56,049 bases of DNA from Chloroflexota bacterium (GCA_051003235.1 JBPCLN010000101.1:1-56049), one strand, 5' to 3'. Shown: positions 20,874 through 30,965, counted from the stretch's first letter. Notes: a model not told the origin generated them from the letters alone. Program-made: numbers and translations.

Positions 20874-20998
20874 ACTGTTCGCCCTCCGAGACGGGCGGCG
20901 TCTACCTGACGCCGCCTTCTGCGCAGGACACTAATGCAAAAAACGGGCCGTGGTAGTACAGAGGCGAGAACCGGTGTTCGCGGTCCTGCTCCCCAATA

Positions 20999-21826
20999 TC
21001 AGTGCGGTCCCTTCAGGTCGTCGCCGCACGGGCCGCCACCCGTGGCCGTCTCGCGCTGCACGACCTCGCCGTCCATATTGTACAACGGGAAGTACCACTT
21101 GGAGAGTTCGTGGGCGGACTGGCCGGCATAGTGACAGATGAAGGATCGGCGGAAGCGATCGGCCGACTGGTTGGGAAAGGAGCCGTGGATGAGGTTGCCT
21201 CCGAAGAAGAGCGTATCGCCAGGGGCCATACGGACGGGTACTTGCTCCAACCCCTCCGGTACCGGCACGTAGTTCGCAGTAAAGGAGACGGTCATGTCCG
21301 CCTCCTCCGGGCAGAAGATATCTAGCAGGTGGCTGCCGGGTGCGACAAAGAGGCAGCCGTTCTCTTCGTCGATCTCATCCAGGGCCACCCAGGAGGCAAC
21401 GCAGGTGCCCGGATGGACCTTGAGGTAGAAATTGTCCTGATGGAAGGCCTGGCCACGCGCCGTGGGGGGCTTCCAATAGAACATGCTCTGGGCGGCGATC
21501 GGTGGTTCGCCGAGCAGGCCCGTGAGGACCGTGTCGAATGCGGGGTGCAGCATATAGCGCATGATGACGTCGGAGACGCGGTGCGGGTGCATCATGCGCG
21601 GATAGGCGAGCAGGATATCGCCCTGAGCGCGCGCCTTCTCGACGGGCAGCGCCTTAAAACAACCGGGAATGCTGCGGCGTTCGTGCAGGGCATCGAACGT
21701 GGTCTGCAACTCCGCCACTTCGGAAGCATCGATCAGGCCCCGCACAATAAGAAACCCATCGCGGGCAAACGCTGCGACATCCCCGTCCGTCACGGCCGGG
21801 GCGGGAGAGACAAGGGTATCGATCAT
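20999..21826 (-). CDS. Phytanoyl-CoA dioxygenase (PhyH) family Fe(II)/2OG oxygenase
   Basis: FARDGF, HQD, NGCL..PGSH, GD.LFF, HGS.PN.S, RR. Confidence 0.9.
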   Translation of the reverse strand: MIDTLVSPAPAVTDGDVAAFARDGFLIVRGLIDASEVAELQTTFDALHERRSIPGCFKALPVEKARAQGDILLAYPRMMHPHRVSDVIMRYMLHPAFDTVLTGLLGEPPIAAQSMFYWKPPTARGQAFHQDNFYLKVHPGTCVASWVALDEIDEENGCLFVAPGSHLLDIFCPEEADMTVSFTANYVPVPEGLEQVPVRMAPGDTLFFGGNLIHGSFPNQSADRFRRSFICHYAGQSAHELSKWYFPLYNMDGEVVQRETATGGGPCGDDLKGPH

Positions 21827-21931
21827 TCGTATTTCTCTTTCCAACATGGCCCAATCCTCATGCTTGCAGTATCCGGTTACATCCGCCGTGAGACAATGGA
21901 CCGGACGGTCGCGTTCTTGTACAATCCTGCT

Positions 21932-22819
21932 ATGCACGATACTCCCGCTCCGCCGCCCGGCTTACTGGTAGCCGGTCATTTCCGCCAGGGCGCCGGTTAT
22001 GCGACGCAACGTCGTAACGGCACGCGGGACTGGCTCATCGCCTACACCGTGGCCGGCACCGGACGCTACCACTGTGGTGGGGCAACCGTCCTCGCCCAAC
22101 CGGGCGACGTCACCTTGCTTGATCCGGGCGTCCCCCATGACTACGCCACCGCTGCCGGCGGCCGTTGGGAGTTTTTTTGGGCCCACTTCGTACCCCGCCC
22201 ACCGTGGCGGCCCTGGCTGCAAATGCCGGTTGGTGCGGGCGGTCTGCGGAGGCTGACGATCAGCTCCCGCACGCATCGCAGTCGCCTGGTGGACGCCTTC
22301 AGCCGCCTGGTGACAGACGCCGTCGCTCTCCCCGCCTACGGCGCGCTGGCTGAGGAGATGGCGCTCAACGATCTGGAAGAAGTGGTGTTACTCTGCGCCC
22401 TAGAAATGGCAGGCTCTCGTGCCCAACGTCTTGACCCGCGCATTCGACAAGTCCTGGCGGCCATCGCCACAGACCTGGCAGGAGTGCATCCCATCGCCGG
22501 TCTGGCGGCCCAGGTGGCGCTGTCGCCCTCCCGTCTGGCCCATCTCTTCAAGGCGGAAACCGGCGCGTCGGTCTTGGACACCCACTTGCACATGCGTCTC
22601 TACCAGGCAAGCCGGCTGCTGGCCTACACCGCACAGGACGTGGCCCAGATCAGTCGCAGCGTCGGATATCGTTCTCCCTATTTCTTCAGCCGCCAGTTCC
22701 GTCAGCGCTACGGCATGAGTCCCAGCCGGTACCGTGCCACCATCACCGTCCAAATCGCCGGTCAAGGCGCCGAGAGGAACGTCGACGTTGCCGGCCGTTC
22801 GGGTCAATCCATGCCATGA
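21932..22819 (+). CDS. AraC family transcriptional regulator
   Basis: N-terminal cupin arm (WAHF), LSPSRLAHLFK, GY.SPYFFSRQFR..GMSPS.YR. Confidence 0.92.
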   Translation: MHDTPAPPPGLLVAGHFRQGAGYATQRRNGTRDWLIAYTVAGTGRYHCGGATVLAQPGDVTLLDPGVPHDYATAAGGRWEFFWAHFVPRPPWRPWLQMPVGAGGLRRLTISSRTHRSRLVDAFSRLVTDAVALPAYGALAEEMALNDLEEVVLLCALEMAGSRAQRLDPRIRQVLAAIATDLAGVHPIAGLAAQVALSPSRLAHLFKAETGASVLDTHLHMRLYQASRLLAYTAQDVAQISRSVGYRSPYFFSRQFRQRYGMSPSRYRATITVQIAGQGAERNVDVAGRSGQSMP

Positions 22820-23709
22820 CCGAATGGCTCTTCGCCGACCCAACGCGCATCGACCGGTTCGGAAGCAAGCTGGTAGCGAGTATCCGTGGAGAGCCGGATG
22901 CGGCGCTCTGAATTGTTGTTGTCGAGTGAACAGTGCATCGTGAACATGCCGAACAGGAGCATGTCGCCAGGCGCGAACTCGGCGGAGAGCCAGCGTCCGC
23001 CGTAACGCTGTTGCACCGCCCCCGGATCTTTGGTCAGCCAGCCGCCATCGTACGGGTTGTGGTCCTTGTCGCGATCCACGTCGATCACCCCGTAGGTTGA
23101 CTTCAGCGTTTCGAAGCGGTGCGATCCCTCCAGAATCGCCAGCGGCCCGTCGCTGAAGGGAACCGGACCAATGGGCGTCCAAGTCGTGAACAGATTCCTG
23201 GTGCCGCGGCCCATGTAGACCCAGTCATAGTGACAGCCCGTGGCCGACCCCGGACGCACGTTGCGCACCCAGATGAAGGTGAACGGCAAGATTAGACCAC
23301 CCAGGAAGGTCTCATAGAATCGGATGATGCGGCCCTGTTGCAATAGGGTGCGCAGGGCGGCGCCGGTGCGTAAATCTTTGGCGAACGCCTTGCGGTCAAT
23401 CTGACCCAAACCGTTATTGCTGCCGGAGAAGATGGCATCGGTCAGAGGACGGCTGCGGTCGAGTAGACCGACACCGTCCAGCTTGGCGCAGAGTTCGCCG
23501 CGCGCCGCCAGGACCTGCTCGCGGTCGAGGTAGCCCCGCAACAGCAGGTAACCGTCCTCCGCCAATCGCTCGCGCAAGGCCGGACCATTGCCCGCCAGCC
23601 GGGCGGAGTCACGCAACTCGCCTAACGGTCCGGCGCCGGGACCAAAGGTATGGCCGTGCGAGGTAGGGACGAAGGTAGTCTCGGTACATGTGGTCACCGT
23701 TTTCTCCAC
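22804..23709 (-). CDS. Phytanoyl-CoA dioxygenase (PhyH) family oxygenase
   Basis: DGYLLLRG, HYD, WTPIG, EGSH, HCSLDN, RLSTDTRY. Confidence 0.88.
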   Translation of the reverse strand: MEKTVTTCTETTFVPTSHGHTFGPGAGPLGELRDSARLAGNGPALRERLAEDGYLLLRGYLDREQVLAARGELCAKLDGVGLLDRSRPLTDAIFSGSNNGLGQIDRKAFAKDLRTGAALRTLLQQGRIIRFYETFLGGLILPFTFIWVRNVRPGSATGCHYDWVYMGRGTRNLFTTWTPIGPVPFSDGPLAILEGSHRFETLKSTYGVIDVDRDKDHNPYDGGWLTKDPGAVQQRYGGRWLSAEFAPGDMLLFGMFTMHCSLDNNNSERRIRLSTDTRYQLASEPVDARWVGEEPFGHGMD

Positions 23710-23712
23710 GCG

Positions 23713-25188
23713 CTAATTCCTGGGCATTTGCACGAAGGCCTGGCAGGCATCCTGGACCTGCTGGAGGCCGGTCCCGTAGGAGATGTCGCCATAGAACATC
23801 GGTGGGGAGGTTTTCTCCCAGGCCGCCTCCAGATCCGTATAGCGCAAATTGTAGGGCATCGGGAAGGGGCCATCCACCGTGCTCATCCAATTCAGTACGC
23901 GCCCAAATACCGGCGTGAGTTTCTGGATCTCCGGCGCCGACCACACCGATTTGCGAGCGCTGGGTTGGTACTGCGTATTGACCACCGCCCAGATGCCGGT
24001 CTCCTGGGAGGTCTCCGCCTGGACGAGGCTGTAGGCGAGTTCCGGCTGCTTGCTCCCCGTGAAGATGGAAAAGTTCTCTACGAAGCCCTGGTAGCCGCGC
24101 AGTCCGGTGGGTCCCTTCGGGAAGAGCGCCCAGCCGACGCCGAACTTGCTGCCCACCTGCTTTTCCAGCATCAGCACGTTGTAGGAACCGGATTCCACGG
24201 CAGCGTACTGGCCGGCGAGGAAGGTGAGGCCGTTGGCCTCCGCACGGCTCGGCGCGATGTGCTCAATGGTACGCAGGTTGACGGCCCATTGGGCGGCGTC
24301 TTCCGCCGGCTTGTTGGTGTTAAAGGTGAACTGCTTGCCGTCGGCGGACAAGACGTCGCCGCCCCAGGTGCGGGCCAGGGAGCAGAAGTCGTAGTAGGTA
24401 TTCGGAAAGTAGTTGGTACCGAAAGTGTTTTGACCAACGTCTGTCGTTGCTTTGCCGAGCGCGACGAAGTCCGCGACCGTCCAGTCATCCGTCGGCTCTT
24501 TGACCCCCCGGCGCTGCAGCAGATCCTTGTTATAGGCAACGAGTGCCGGGTTCCCCGGGTGCAGCAAATAGGGCAGGGCGTAGAGTTTGCCGTCGAAACT
24601 GGAGCCGGTCAGTGCCGTCTGGAAGAAGTCACTCATGCCGGGGTCGTGTTGCTTGACGTAATCATCAATAGCCCGGAACGCGCCCTTGGAAGCGGAGAAG
24701 GCGAACCATTTGATGCCGCTGAAGCTGACATCCTCCAGGGTGCCGCTGGCGACCAGCGTCAATTGCTTGGTTGGCATGTCGGCGTAGGCCACGGAATCGA
24801 CGGTGAGATTCACCTCCGGATGCTGGGTCTGCCAGGTCTGAGCGGCGTGGCGCTGCCATTCGTCACCGGCCCCGGCATAGGTGGCGATACTCAAGGCCGT
24901 CTTCTTCCCAGGCTGGGCGGCTTGCGCCGAGGACGTGGCGGCCGACACGGCCGATGTGGCGACAGTGGTCGTCGGCGCAGCGCTGGTCGCGACCGAAGAG
25001 ACGGCAGAGGCGGCGGGGGCCTGTGACGTCGCCGCGACAGAGGCCGCGGCTGTCGGTGAAACGGCGCCGGCGCCACCCGGGCCGCCGGCGCCGCAGGCTG
25101 CCAGCACTCCCACCGCCGGGAGCACGAGCGTCGCGCCGAGCGTCTGACGGAGGAGCACGCGCCGGGATACCAACGAATGGATGGACAC
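23713..25188 (-). CDS. ABC sugar-type solute-binding lipoprotein
   Basis: SRRVLL Tat motif, LAAC lipobox, Ala/Thr linker, GKLYALP, YNKDL. Confidence 0.88.
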   Translation of the reverse strand: MSIHSLVSRRVLLRQTLGATLVLPAVGVLAACGAGGPGGAGAVSPTAAASVAATSQAPAASAVSSVATSAAPTTTVATSAVSAATSSAQAAQPGKKTALSIATYAGAGDEWQRHAAQTWQTQHPEVNLTVDSVAYADMPTKQLTLVASGTLEDVSFSGIKWFAFSASKGAFRAIDDYVKQHDPGMSDFFQTALTGSSFDGKLYALPYLLHPGNPALVAYNKDLLQRRGVKEPTDDWTVADFVALGKATTDVGQNTFGTNYFPNTYYDFCSLARTWGGDVLSADGKQFTFNTNKPAEDAAQWAVNLRTIEHIAPSRAEANGLTFLAGQYAAVESGSYNVLMLEKQVGSKFGVGWALFPKGPTGLRGYQGFVENFSIFTGSKQPELAYSLVQAETSQETGIWAVVNTQYQPSARKSVWSAPEIQKLTPVFGRVLNWMSTVDGPFPMPYNLRYTDLEAAWEKTSPPMFYGDISYGTGLQQVQDACQAFVQMPRN

Positions 25189-25253
25189 GAGAACGTCCTT
25201 TCTCCTTGAGCCGTGACCCACCAGCACAGCCCATCGAACAACCGAGCCCGCCG

Positions 25254-26153
25254 CTAGCCCTTGATCCCGGTAATACTGATCCCTTCCACCAGCGTTTTCT
25301 GCGTAACATAGAAGAGCACAACGACGGGGATGATTGTCACCGTTGTGGCGGCCATCAGGTAGGGCCAGGCCAGCTTCTCCACGAAGTCGGTGCGAAACAA
25401 CTGCAGCCCCAACGCCACCGGGTACAGCGACTGGTCATTGAGGTAGATCAGCGGTCCCAGGTAGTTATCCCAGGCCCCCATAAAGGTGAACAGACCGACG
25501 ACGGCCAGGGCCGGCTTGGACAGCGGCAGGATGATGCGGGTAAGGATGCCCAGTTCAGAAGTGCCGTCAATGCGCGCCGCTTCTGAGAGCTCCTGCGGGA
25601 TCGACAAGAAGAATTGGCGGAGGAGGAAGATGCTATAGGCGCTACCGAAGAACGCCGGCACAATCAGCGGCTTGTAGGTATTAATCCAGTCCAGTTGCTT
25701 GAACGTAAGAAACAGCGGCACCATCGTCACCTGGTAAGGAATCATCATGGTGCCGAGGCAAATGGCAAAAAGAATGTTGCGCCCCTTCCAGCGCAAGCGA
25801 GCGAAGCCATAAGCGGACAGCGAACAGGCAACGATCTGGCCGATGACGCTCAGGATGGCATAGCGGAAGGAGTTCAGAAAGAACAGACCGAACGGCTGTG
25901 CCCGCAGAGCCTCCGGGTAGTTGGCGAAACGCATAGGGATGGGGAGCCAGATCGGCGGCACATGATAGGTCTGGGCGTCGTTCTTCACCGAAGTCGAAAG
26001 CATGAAGATGAGCGGCAACAGAAAGATCAGGGCCAGCACGAGCATCATGAAATAAAAAAGCACGCCGCGGCTGACGGAGCGAATGTCCAACGCCGCCGCT
26101 TTCGGGCGGGCAGTCGTGCCGGCGTAGGCCTTGGGGAGTACCGCCTGACTCAT
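25254..26153 (-). CDS. Carbohydrate ABC transporter permease (MalG-like)
   Basis: AYGFARL, LLRQFF.SIP.ELSEAARIDG EAA motif. Confidence 0.95.
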   Translation of the reverse strand: MSQAVLPKAYAGTTARPKAAALDIRSVSRGVLFYFMMLVLALIFLLPLIFMLSTSVKNDAQTYHVPPIWLPIPMRFANYPEALRAQPFGLFFLNSFRYAILSVIGQIVACSLSAYGFARLRWKGRNILFAICLGTMMIPYQVTMVPLFLTFKQLDWINTYKPLIVPAFFGSAYSIFLLRQFFLSIPQELSEAARIDGTSELGILTRIILPLSKPALAVVGLFTFMGAWDNYLGPLIYLNDQSLYPVALGLQLFRTDFVEKLAWPYLMAATTVTIIPVVVLFYVTQKTLVEGISITGIKG

Positions 26154-26199
26154 GGCTTACCTCCTTCTGCTCCGTTGCTGCGCAACATATATCCAGCGA

Positions 26200-27135
26200 T
26201 CAATCGACCTGCCCGCCATAATGCACCTTGGCGCCGCCGGTACGAAAGATCAGGACGGTGAAGACGACGATGACGACGAACAACACCCAGGCCATAGCCG
26301 AGGCGTAACCCATCTTGAAAAACTGGAAGGCGTTCTGATAGAGGTAGACGCTGTACAGGTTGGTGGCGTTATCCGGTCCGCCCTGCGTCAAGAGCCAGGG
26401 CAGCGTGAAGTACTGAAAGGTACCAATCATACTGGTGATGCCGACAAAGAGGATGGCGGGCGAGGACATCGGCACCGTCACGCTCCAGAAGCGTTGCCAG
26501 CGGTTGGCGCCATCCACCACCGCCGCGTCGTAGAGGGAGCGCGGCACGTCTTGCAACGCCCCGAGGAAGATCAGGATGGCGCTGCCGCTGGCCCAGGTAT
26601 TGATCAGAATAAGCGACAGCTTGGCCAGCCCAAGGGAAGAGAGCCAGGGCACCGCCGGAATGTGAAAGGTCGCCAGGATGTTGTCGATCAAACCATAGTT
26701 CGGGTTGTACATCCAAAGCCACACCATCGCCGAGGCGACCGCCGGCACAATCGACGGGATGAAGAAGGCGGTGCGGAAGAGCGGCCGGCCGCGCATCTCC
26801 TGGTTCAGCAGGTTCGCCAGCAAGAAGGAGACGACCAGCACCGCCGGCACGCCGATGACGACGAAGTAGATGGTGTTACCCAGCACCGTTTGAAAGAGAT
26901 TATCGTGTTGGAACAGGTTGATGTAGTTGGCGAGACCGATGTAGCGCGGGGAGTTGAGCACGTCATAGGCCGTGAAGCTATAGAACAGTGAGGCCAGGAT
27001 AGGATAGGCCGTCCAGAGGAGAAAGCCGAGCAACCAGGGCAGAACGAATAGGATGCCCACGACAAAGCGGCGCAGCTCGCGCCGCGATGCCGCCCGTTGC
27101 CGGTCGACCCCGGCGACCGTCGTCAGCGCTGCCAT
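26200..27135 (-). CDS. Carbohydrate ABC transporter permease (MalF-like)
   Basis: IGLANY, LYDAAVVDGA EAA motif, GYASAMAW; RBS AAGGAGG. Confidence 0.95.
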   Translation of the reverse strand: MAALTTVAGVDRQRAASRRELRRFVVGILFVLPWLLGFLLWTAYPILASLFYSFTAYDVLNSPRYIGLANYINLFQHDNLFQTVLGNTIYFVVIGVPAVLVVSFLLANLLNQEMRGRPLFRTAFFIPSIVPAVASAMVWLWMYNPNYGLIDNILATFHIPAVPWLSSLGLAKLSLILINTWASGSAILIFLGALQDVPRSLYDAAVVDGANRWQRFWSVTVPMSSPAILFVGITSMIGTFQYFTLPWLLTQGGPDNATNLYSVYLYQNAFQFFKMGYASAMAWVLFVVIVVFTVLIFRTGGAKVHYGGQVD

Positions 27136-27162
27136 TGTGTCCTCCTTTACTTCCCTCCTGCC

Positions 27163-27213
27163 ACCTACCCCCCACCCCCCTTCCCTAAAAAGGAAGGGGG
27201 TTGGGGGGTAGGT
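27163..27213. repeat. REP-like palindromic element (short form)
   Basis: ACCTACCCCCCACCCCCCTTCCCTAAAAAGGAAGGGGGTTGGGGGGTAGGT near-perfect inverted repeat; related copy at 34339-34465. Confidence 0.7.
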
Positions 27214-28808
27214 CACCCGTTCGGGAACTGCTGCTGCAACTGGTTGGTCACAATTTGCTGCAGTTGGGCCAAAGCGTCCTTCGGCTGGGCCTTGCCGTAG
27301 ATCACGTCCTGTTGCACCTTCCCCCACTGCTGGCCACAGTAGTTCTCTATGGGGTTGGAGGGCATGCCGTACAGTTTGTCGGCGGTCTGAATCGAATTGA
27401 CGAAGAAATCCAGGCCCTTGTATTTGCTGAAATCGACCTTCTTCAGGAAGGACTGGCGGGCGCCCAGCCAGCCGGTGCCGTCGAAGATCGTCTGCTCGGC
27501 GGTGTTACTGGCCAGGAACTCGATCAGTTGGAAGGCATTGTCGGTGTTCTTGGCCCCCTTGGGAATGAAGGCATTGTGGCCAACCAGGGTCTGGAACTTG
27601 TAGCCCTTCTTCGATGCGGGTACCGGGGCCCAGGTATAGGCGAACTCGCGGCTGGGAGAGCTGTGGGCAAGTTCGCCCGGTGCCCAGTAGCCGTTGATGT
27701 TGATGTCTTCCACACCGGAGGGGAACGCCGCCGTCGGACTTTCCGTCCAGGTGCCGTAGCTGTTGTGGAAGCCGGCGACAGCCTGGGCCCCACCGGCAAT
27801 GTCGTAGACCTTCTTGAGGATGGTCAAACCCTCCGTCAGTTGGTCGTTATTGAAGTTGAACTTGCGGCTCGCCTCGTCATAATAGTCGATACCCCAGGCC
27901 TGCGCCCAGTAGAAGGGGTTACTGCCGCCGAAGCTGCCGCCCATCGCATCGAGCGGGTCAATGCCCAGCACCGAGATGCTGCCATTGCTCGCCTTCTGGG
28001 TGAACTGCTGCTGCATTTGGGTGAGCGTATCCCAGTCCCAGGAGATCGTCTTCGGATCGACATTGAACTTCTGGAGGTTCGTCATGTCAAAGCAGAGGCC
28101 ATAGCGACAGAAGCCCTCCACCGCCGACACGCCGTAGGTCTTGCCTTTGTAGCTGCTATAGGTCCAGTAAGCCGCTGGGATGTCGGACTTGAGCGGGATG
28201 CCGTCGACCGTCGATTGGGCAATCATGGCATCTAGCGGTATGGCCGCGCCGCGCGCCCAGAATTCCGGGTAGGGGGCGTTGCCGACCGCCACGTTTGGCG
28301 GGCTGCCGCCGGCGATGGCGGTGAGCAATTTGGTGTTGTTGTCGGCCGTGATCCAGTGGACGTTGAAGCCGGTGAGGGCGTCGGCCATCTGCTTGTTCAG
28401 TGCATCCCAGGTCTGAATTGCCGTCGCTCCGCCCCAGCCGTACCACAGGTTAAGGGTGAGCGCAGCGCCCTTGTGCGTTTCACCCGCCGCCGGCGTCGCC
28501 GTGGGTTTCGGCGCTGACGCCGCCGCGACGGACGTGCTCGCCACGGAGGCGGCGGCGGTCGTCGCGGGAGAGGAGGCACTTGCGGTTTTGGCTGCGGTAC
28601 TGGGCGCTGCCGTGCCGGCCGCTACGGAGGCCGCGGTGCTGGCAGCGGAAGAAGCCGCCGTGAGCGTGGCCGATCCGGCGGCGCTACTACTGCCCGTCGA
28701 TGCGGTGCTGCCGGCGCCACAGGCAGCCAGCAAGGCGGCACCGACCGGCGTTACGGCGGCGACCCGTAACAGGTGGCGGCGCGAATAACGAACCGTAGAC
28801 TCGGACAT
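27213..28808 (-). CDS. ABC sugar-type solute-binding lipoprotein
   Basis: SRRHLL Tat motif, LAAC lipobox, long A/S/T linker, GKTYGV; RBS AAGGAG. Confidence 0.88.
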   Translation of the reverse strand: MSESTVRYSRRHLLRVAAVTPVGAALLAACGAGSTASTGSSSAAGSATLTAASSAASTAASVAAGTAAPSTAAKTASASSPATTAAASVASTSVAAASAPKPTATPAAGETHKGAALTLNLWYGWGGATAIQTWDALNKQMADALTGFNVHWITADNNTKLLTAIAGGSPPNVAVGNAPYPEFWARGAAIPLDAMIAQSTVDGIPLKSDIPAAYWTYSSYKGKTYGVSAVEGFCRYGLCFDMTNLQKFNVDPKTISWDWDTLTQMQQQFTQKASNGSISVLGIDPLDAMGGSFGGSNPFYWAQAWGIDYYDEASRKFNFNNDQLTEGLTILKKVYDIAGGAQAVAGFHNSYGTWTESPTAAFPSGVEDININGYWAPGELAHSSPSREFAYTWAPVPASKKGYKFQTLVGHNAFIPKGAKNTDNAFQLIEFLASNTAEQTIFDGTGWLGARQSFLKKVDFSKYKGLDFFVNSIQTADKLYGMPSNPIENYCGQQWGKVQQDVIYGKAQPKDALAQLQQIVTNQLQQQFPNG

Positions 28809-28925
28809 GGGACAAACTCCTTTCCTACCCTGACGTTCTACGCTGACAAGGGCGACGGAGGATCCAAGCTACGGCCGGAAACTTAGCCGGGCGGCAACGC
28901 ATGATCCTCTCGTCGTGGTACTGGT

Positions 28926-28954
28926 AATGTACTCTACGAATGCGCGCGGGGCAA
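28926..28954 (-). promoter_or_regulatory. Putative sigma70 promoter of the ABC importer/PhyH operon
   Basis: TTGCCC-N17-TACATT on - strand ~120 nt upstream of the SBP start. Confidence 0.45.
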
Positions 28955-28982
28955 GGTGAATCGCGCCGAAGCGCCAATTGCG

Positions 28983-29996
28983 CTATCTCCCCCTCGCGCC
29001 TGCCGGCTGCTCGACGCGCACCCCCTCCGTCACCATCGGGTACAAGATGCGGTCGGCGCCGGCTTCTTCCAACTTGCCACCCAGCCATCGCGGGTCCGGG
29101 TGCAAGGCAATGATGGTGCCACCGCCACCGGCCCCGGCCAGCTTCGCGGCGAGCGCGCCGTGCTGGACGGCGGCGGCGATTAGCGCTTCATTGTCGGGGC
29201 CGGAGCCGCCGAGGTCGCGTTGGATGGCGTGATTCTCGGTCATCAGGGCGGCGAGCAACGGCCAATCGTGCAACAGCACGGCCTTCTTCCCTTCGCGTGC
29301 CAGCTGCCCAATGCGCAGATAGGCATCGCGTACCTCCTTGTCCCCTTCCAACCAGCGTTCCCGGATGGGCTTGTGGACCGCGCCGGAGGAATGGACGACG
29401 CCGGTGTGGGCAAGGACAAAAGGCAACTGATCGACGTCGCCGCTCAGGCTCTCAATCGTGGCATACGGCTCCTTGCCGACTTCGCGATAGAACTCCTTCT
29501 CGCGAAAGTCCATAAAGTTGAGGCCGCCGAACGATGTCATGTAGAAGTCCTGGTAGCCACACACCACTCCCATGCGGTTGAGTTCGACGGAGCGGGCGAG
29601 TTCCGCGAACTGGTAGCGATTCCAGGTCTTTCCGGCATAGATGCTCAAGGCGCGCAGCGTAGCGCACACCAGGGCCGAGGAGGAGGAGAGACCGGATGCG
29701 AAGGGGATATCGCTGCGAACCGTCAGCCGGATCGGGGCATCGTAGAGGTGCAATTCCGCCAGGCATGCTTTCGAGATGTCGTACACGTCGCCGCGCAGCG
29801 TGAGATCATCCCGTCCGCCAATCTCCAGAGGCCGGCCAAGCGACACCAGCGTCAGGCGCTCGGCCGGCTCCACCTCGGCGTAGGCGCGTGGCTCGATGGA
29901 ACAACTGAGGACGGAGCCGCCGTACATGTCGGTGGGATTGCCGATAATGCCGCACCGACCAGGGGCCGAAACGAGAATGGTGGCGGCCGCCGCCAT
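28983..29996 (-). CDS. GHMP-family sugar kinase (glucuronokinase-like)
   Basis: GRCGIIGNPTDMYGG, PFASGLSSSSA, CGYQD, AKLAGAGGGG. Confidence 0.85.
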   Translation of the reverse strand: MAAAATILVSAPGRCGIIGNPTDMYGGSVLSCSIEPRAYAEVEPAERLTLVSLGRPLEIGGRDDLTLRGDVYDISKACLAELHLYDAPIRLTVRSDIPFASGLSSSSALVCATLRALSIYAGKTWNRYQFAELARSVELNRMGVVCGYQDFYMTSFGGLNFMDFREKEFYREVGKEPYATIESLSGDVDQLPFVLAHTGVVHSSGAVHKPIRERWLEGDKEVRDAYLRIGQLAREGKKAVLLHDWPLLAALMTENHAIQRDLGGSGPDNEALIAAAVQHGALAAKLAGAGGGGTIIALHPDPRWLGGKLEEAGADRILYPMVTEGVRVEQPAGARGR

Positions 29997-29999
29997 CGC

Positions 30000-30890
30000 C
30001 TAACCCAGCTTCCGCATCAGGTACTGGCGCAGGAGGTAGCCATAGCGCTCGTCCGCCAGGGCAAAGTCGACAAAGGCTTTGTAGTAGCTCTCGAAGTTGC
30101 CGATATCGTAGCGTTGCTCACCGTCCTGTAGCTTGACGCAGCAGACCCTTTTGCCCTGCTTCAATAAGATCCGGATGGCGTCCGCCAGCCAGATTTCGCC
30201 GCCCTTGCCCGGCATGGTCAGGTCGAGCGCCTCGAACACCTCCGGGCCAAAGACGTAGCGCGCGGCGATGGCCAGGTTACTGGGAGCGGAGCCGCGGGCC
30301 GGCTTCTCCACCAGATCGGATATTTCAAAGTCATCACCGGCGCCATTTTTCGGGCGCACCACGCCATACTTGTAGGCCTCGTCCGCCGGCACTTCCTCTA
30401 CGGCGATGGTGCAACTGGCCTGCTGGCGGACATGCACACCGATCATGCGTTCCAGCACGCTCTGCCGTCCGGCGCTGCGGATAATGCTGTCGCCGAACGC
30501 CACCACGAACAGGTCGTCGCCGGCAAAGCGTCGCCCAAGCCGCACAGCATCGCCGTTGCCGGCCTGGGTACTCTGGCGAGTGTAATAAAAGGAAGTGTCG
30601 GCCTCGGCGAAGTTGAGCATCTCCACCAGATCCTGATTGCCCGACGCACCAAGCCGTTGGATCAGATCGGGGTCGCGGTCAAAATGATCTTCGATGGAGG
30701 TCTTCTTGCGCCCCGTGACGAGCAAAATGTCCCGAATGCCCGCTTGCTCCAGTTCCTCGACGATGTACTGCACGGCTGGCTTGCGCCCAACGGGCAGCAT
30801 TTCCTTCGGTTGCGATTTGGTCACCGGTAAGAGGCGGGTGCCCAAGCCTGCCACCGGAATGACGGCTTTACGAACGGCCGGGAGGGTCAT
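30000..30890 (-). CDS. galU: UTP--glucose-1-phosphate uridylyltransferase family
   Basis: KAVIPVAGLGTRLLP.TK..PKEMLP, IEDHFD, YGVV, VEKP, GEIWL.DA, RYDIG. Confidence 0.88.
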   Translation of the reverse strand: MTLPAVRKAVIPVAGLGTRLLPVTKSQPKEMLPVGRKPAVQYIVEELEQAGIRDILLVTGRKKTSIEDHFDRDPDLIQRLGASGNQDLVEMLNFAEADTSFYYTRQSTQAGNGDAVRLGRRFAGDDLFVVAFGDSIIRSAGRQSVLERMIGVHVRQQASCTIAVEEVPADEAYKYGVVRPKNGAGDDFEISDLVEKPARGSAPSNLAIAARYVFGPEVFEALDLTMPGKGGEIWLADAIRILLKQGKRVCCVKLQDGEQRYDIGNFESYYKAFVDFALADERYGYLLRQYLMRKLG

Positions 30891-30965
30891 GGCAGTGTCC
30901 TCACTTCTATGGGGCCGCGACTGCTATGTCGGTATCGTCAACTCAAACACCTTGTCCGGTTCGTC

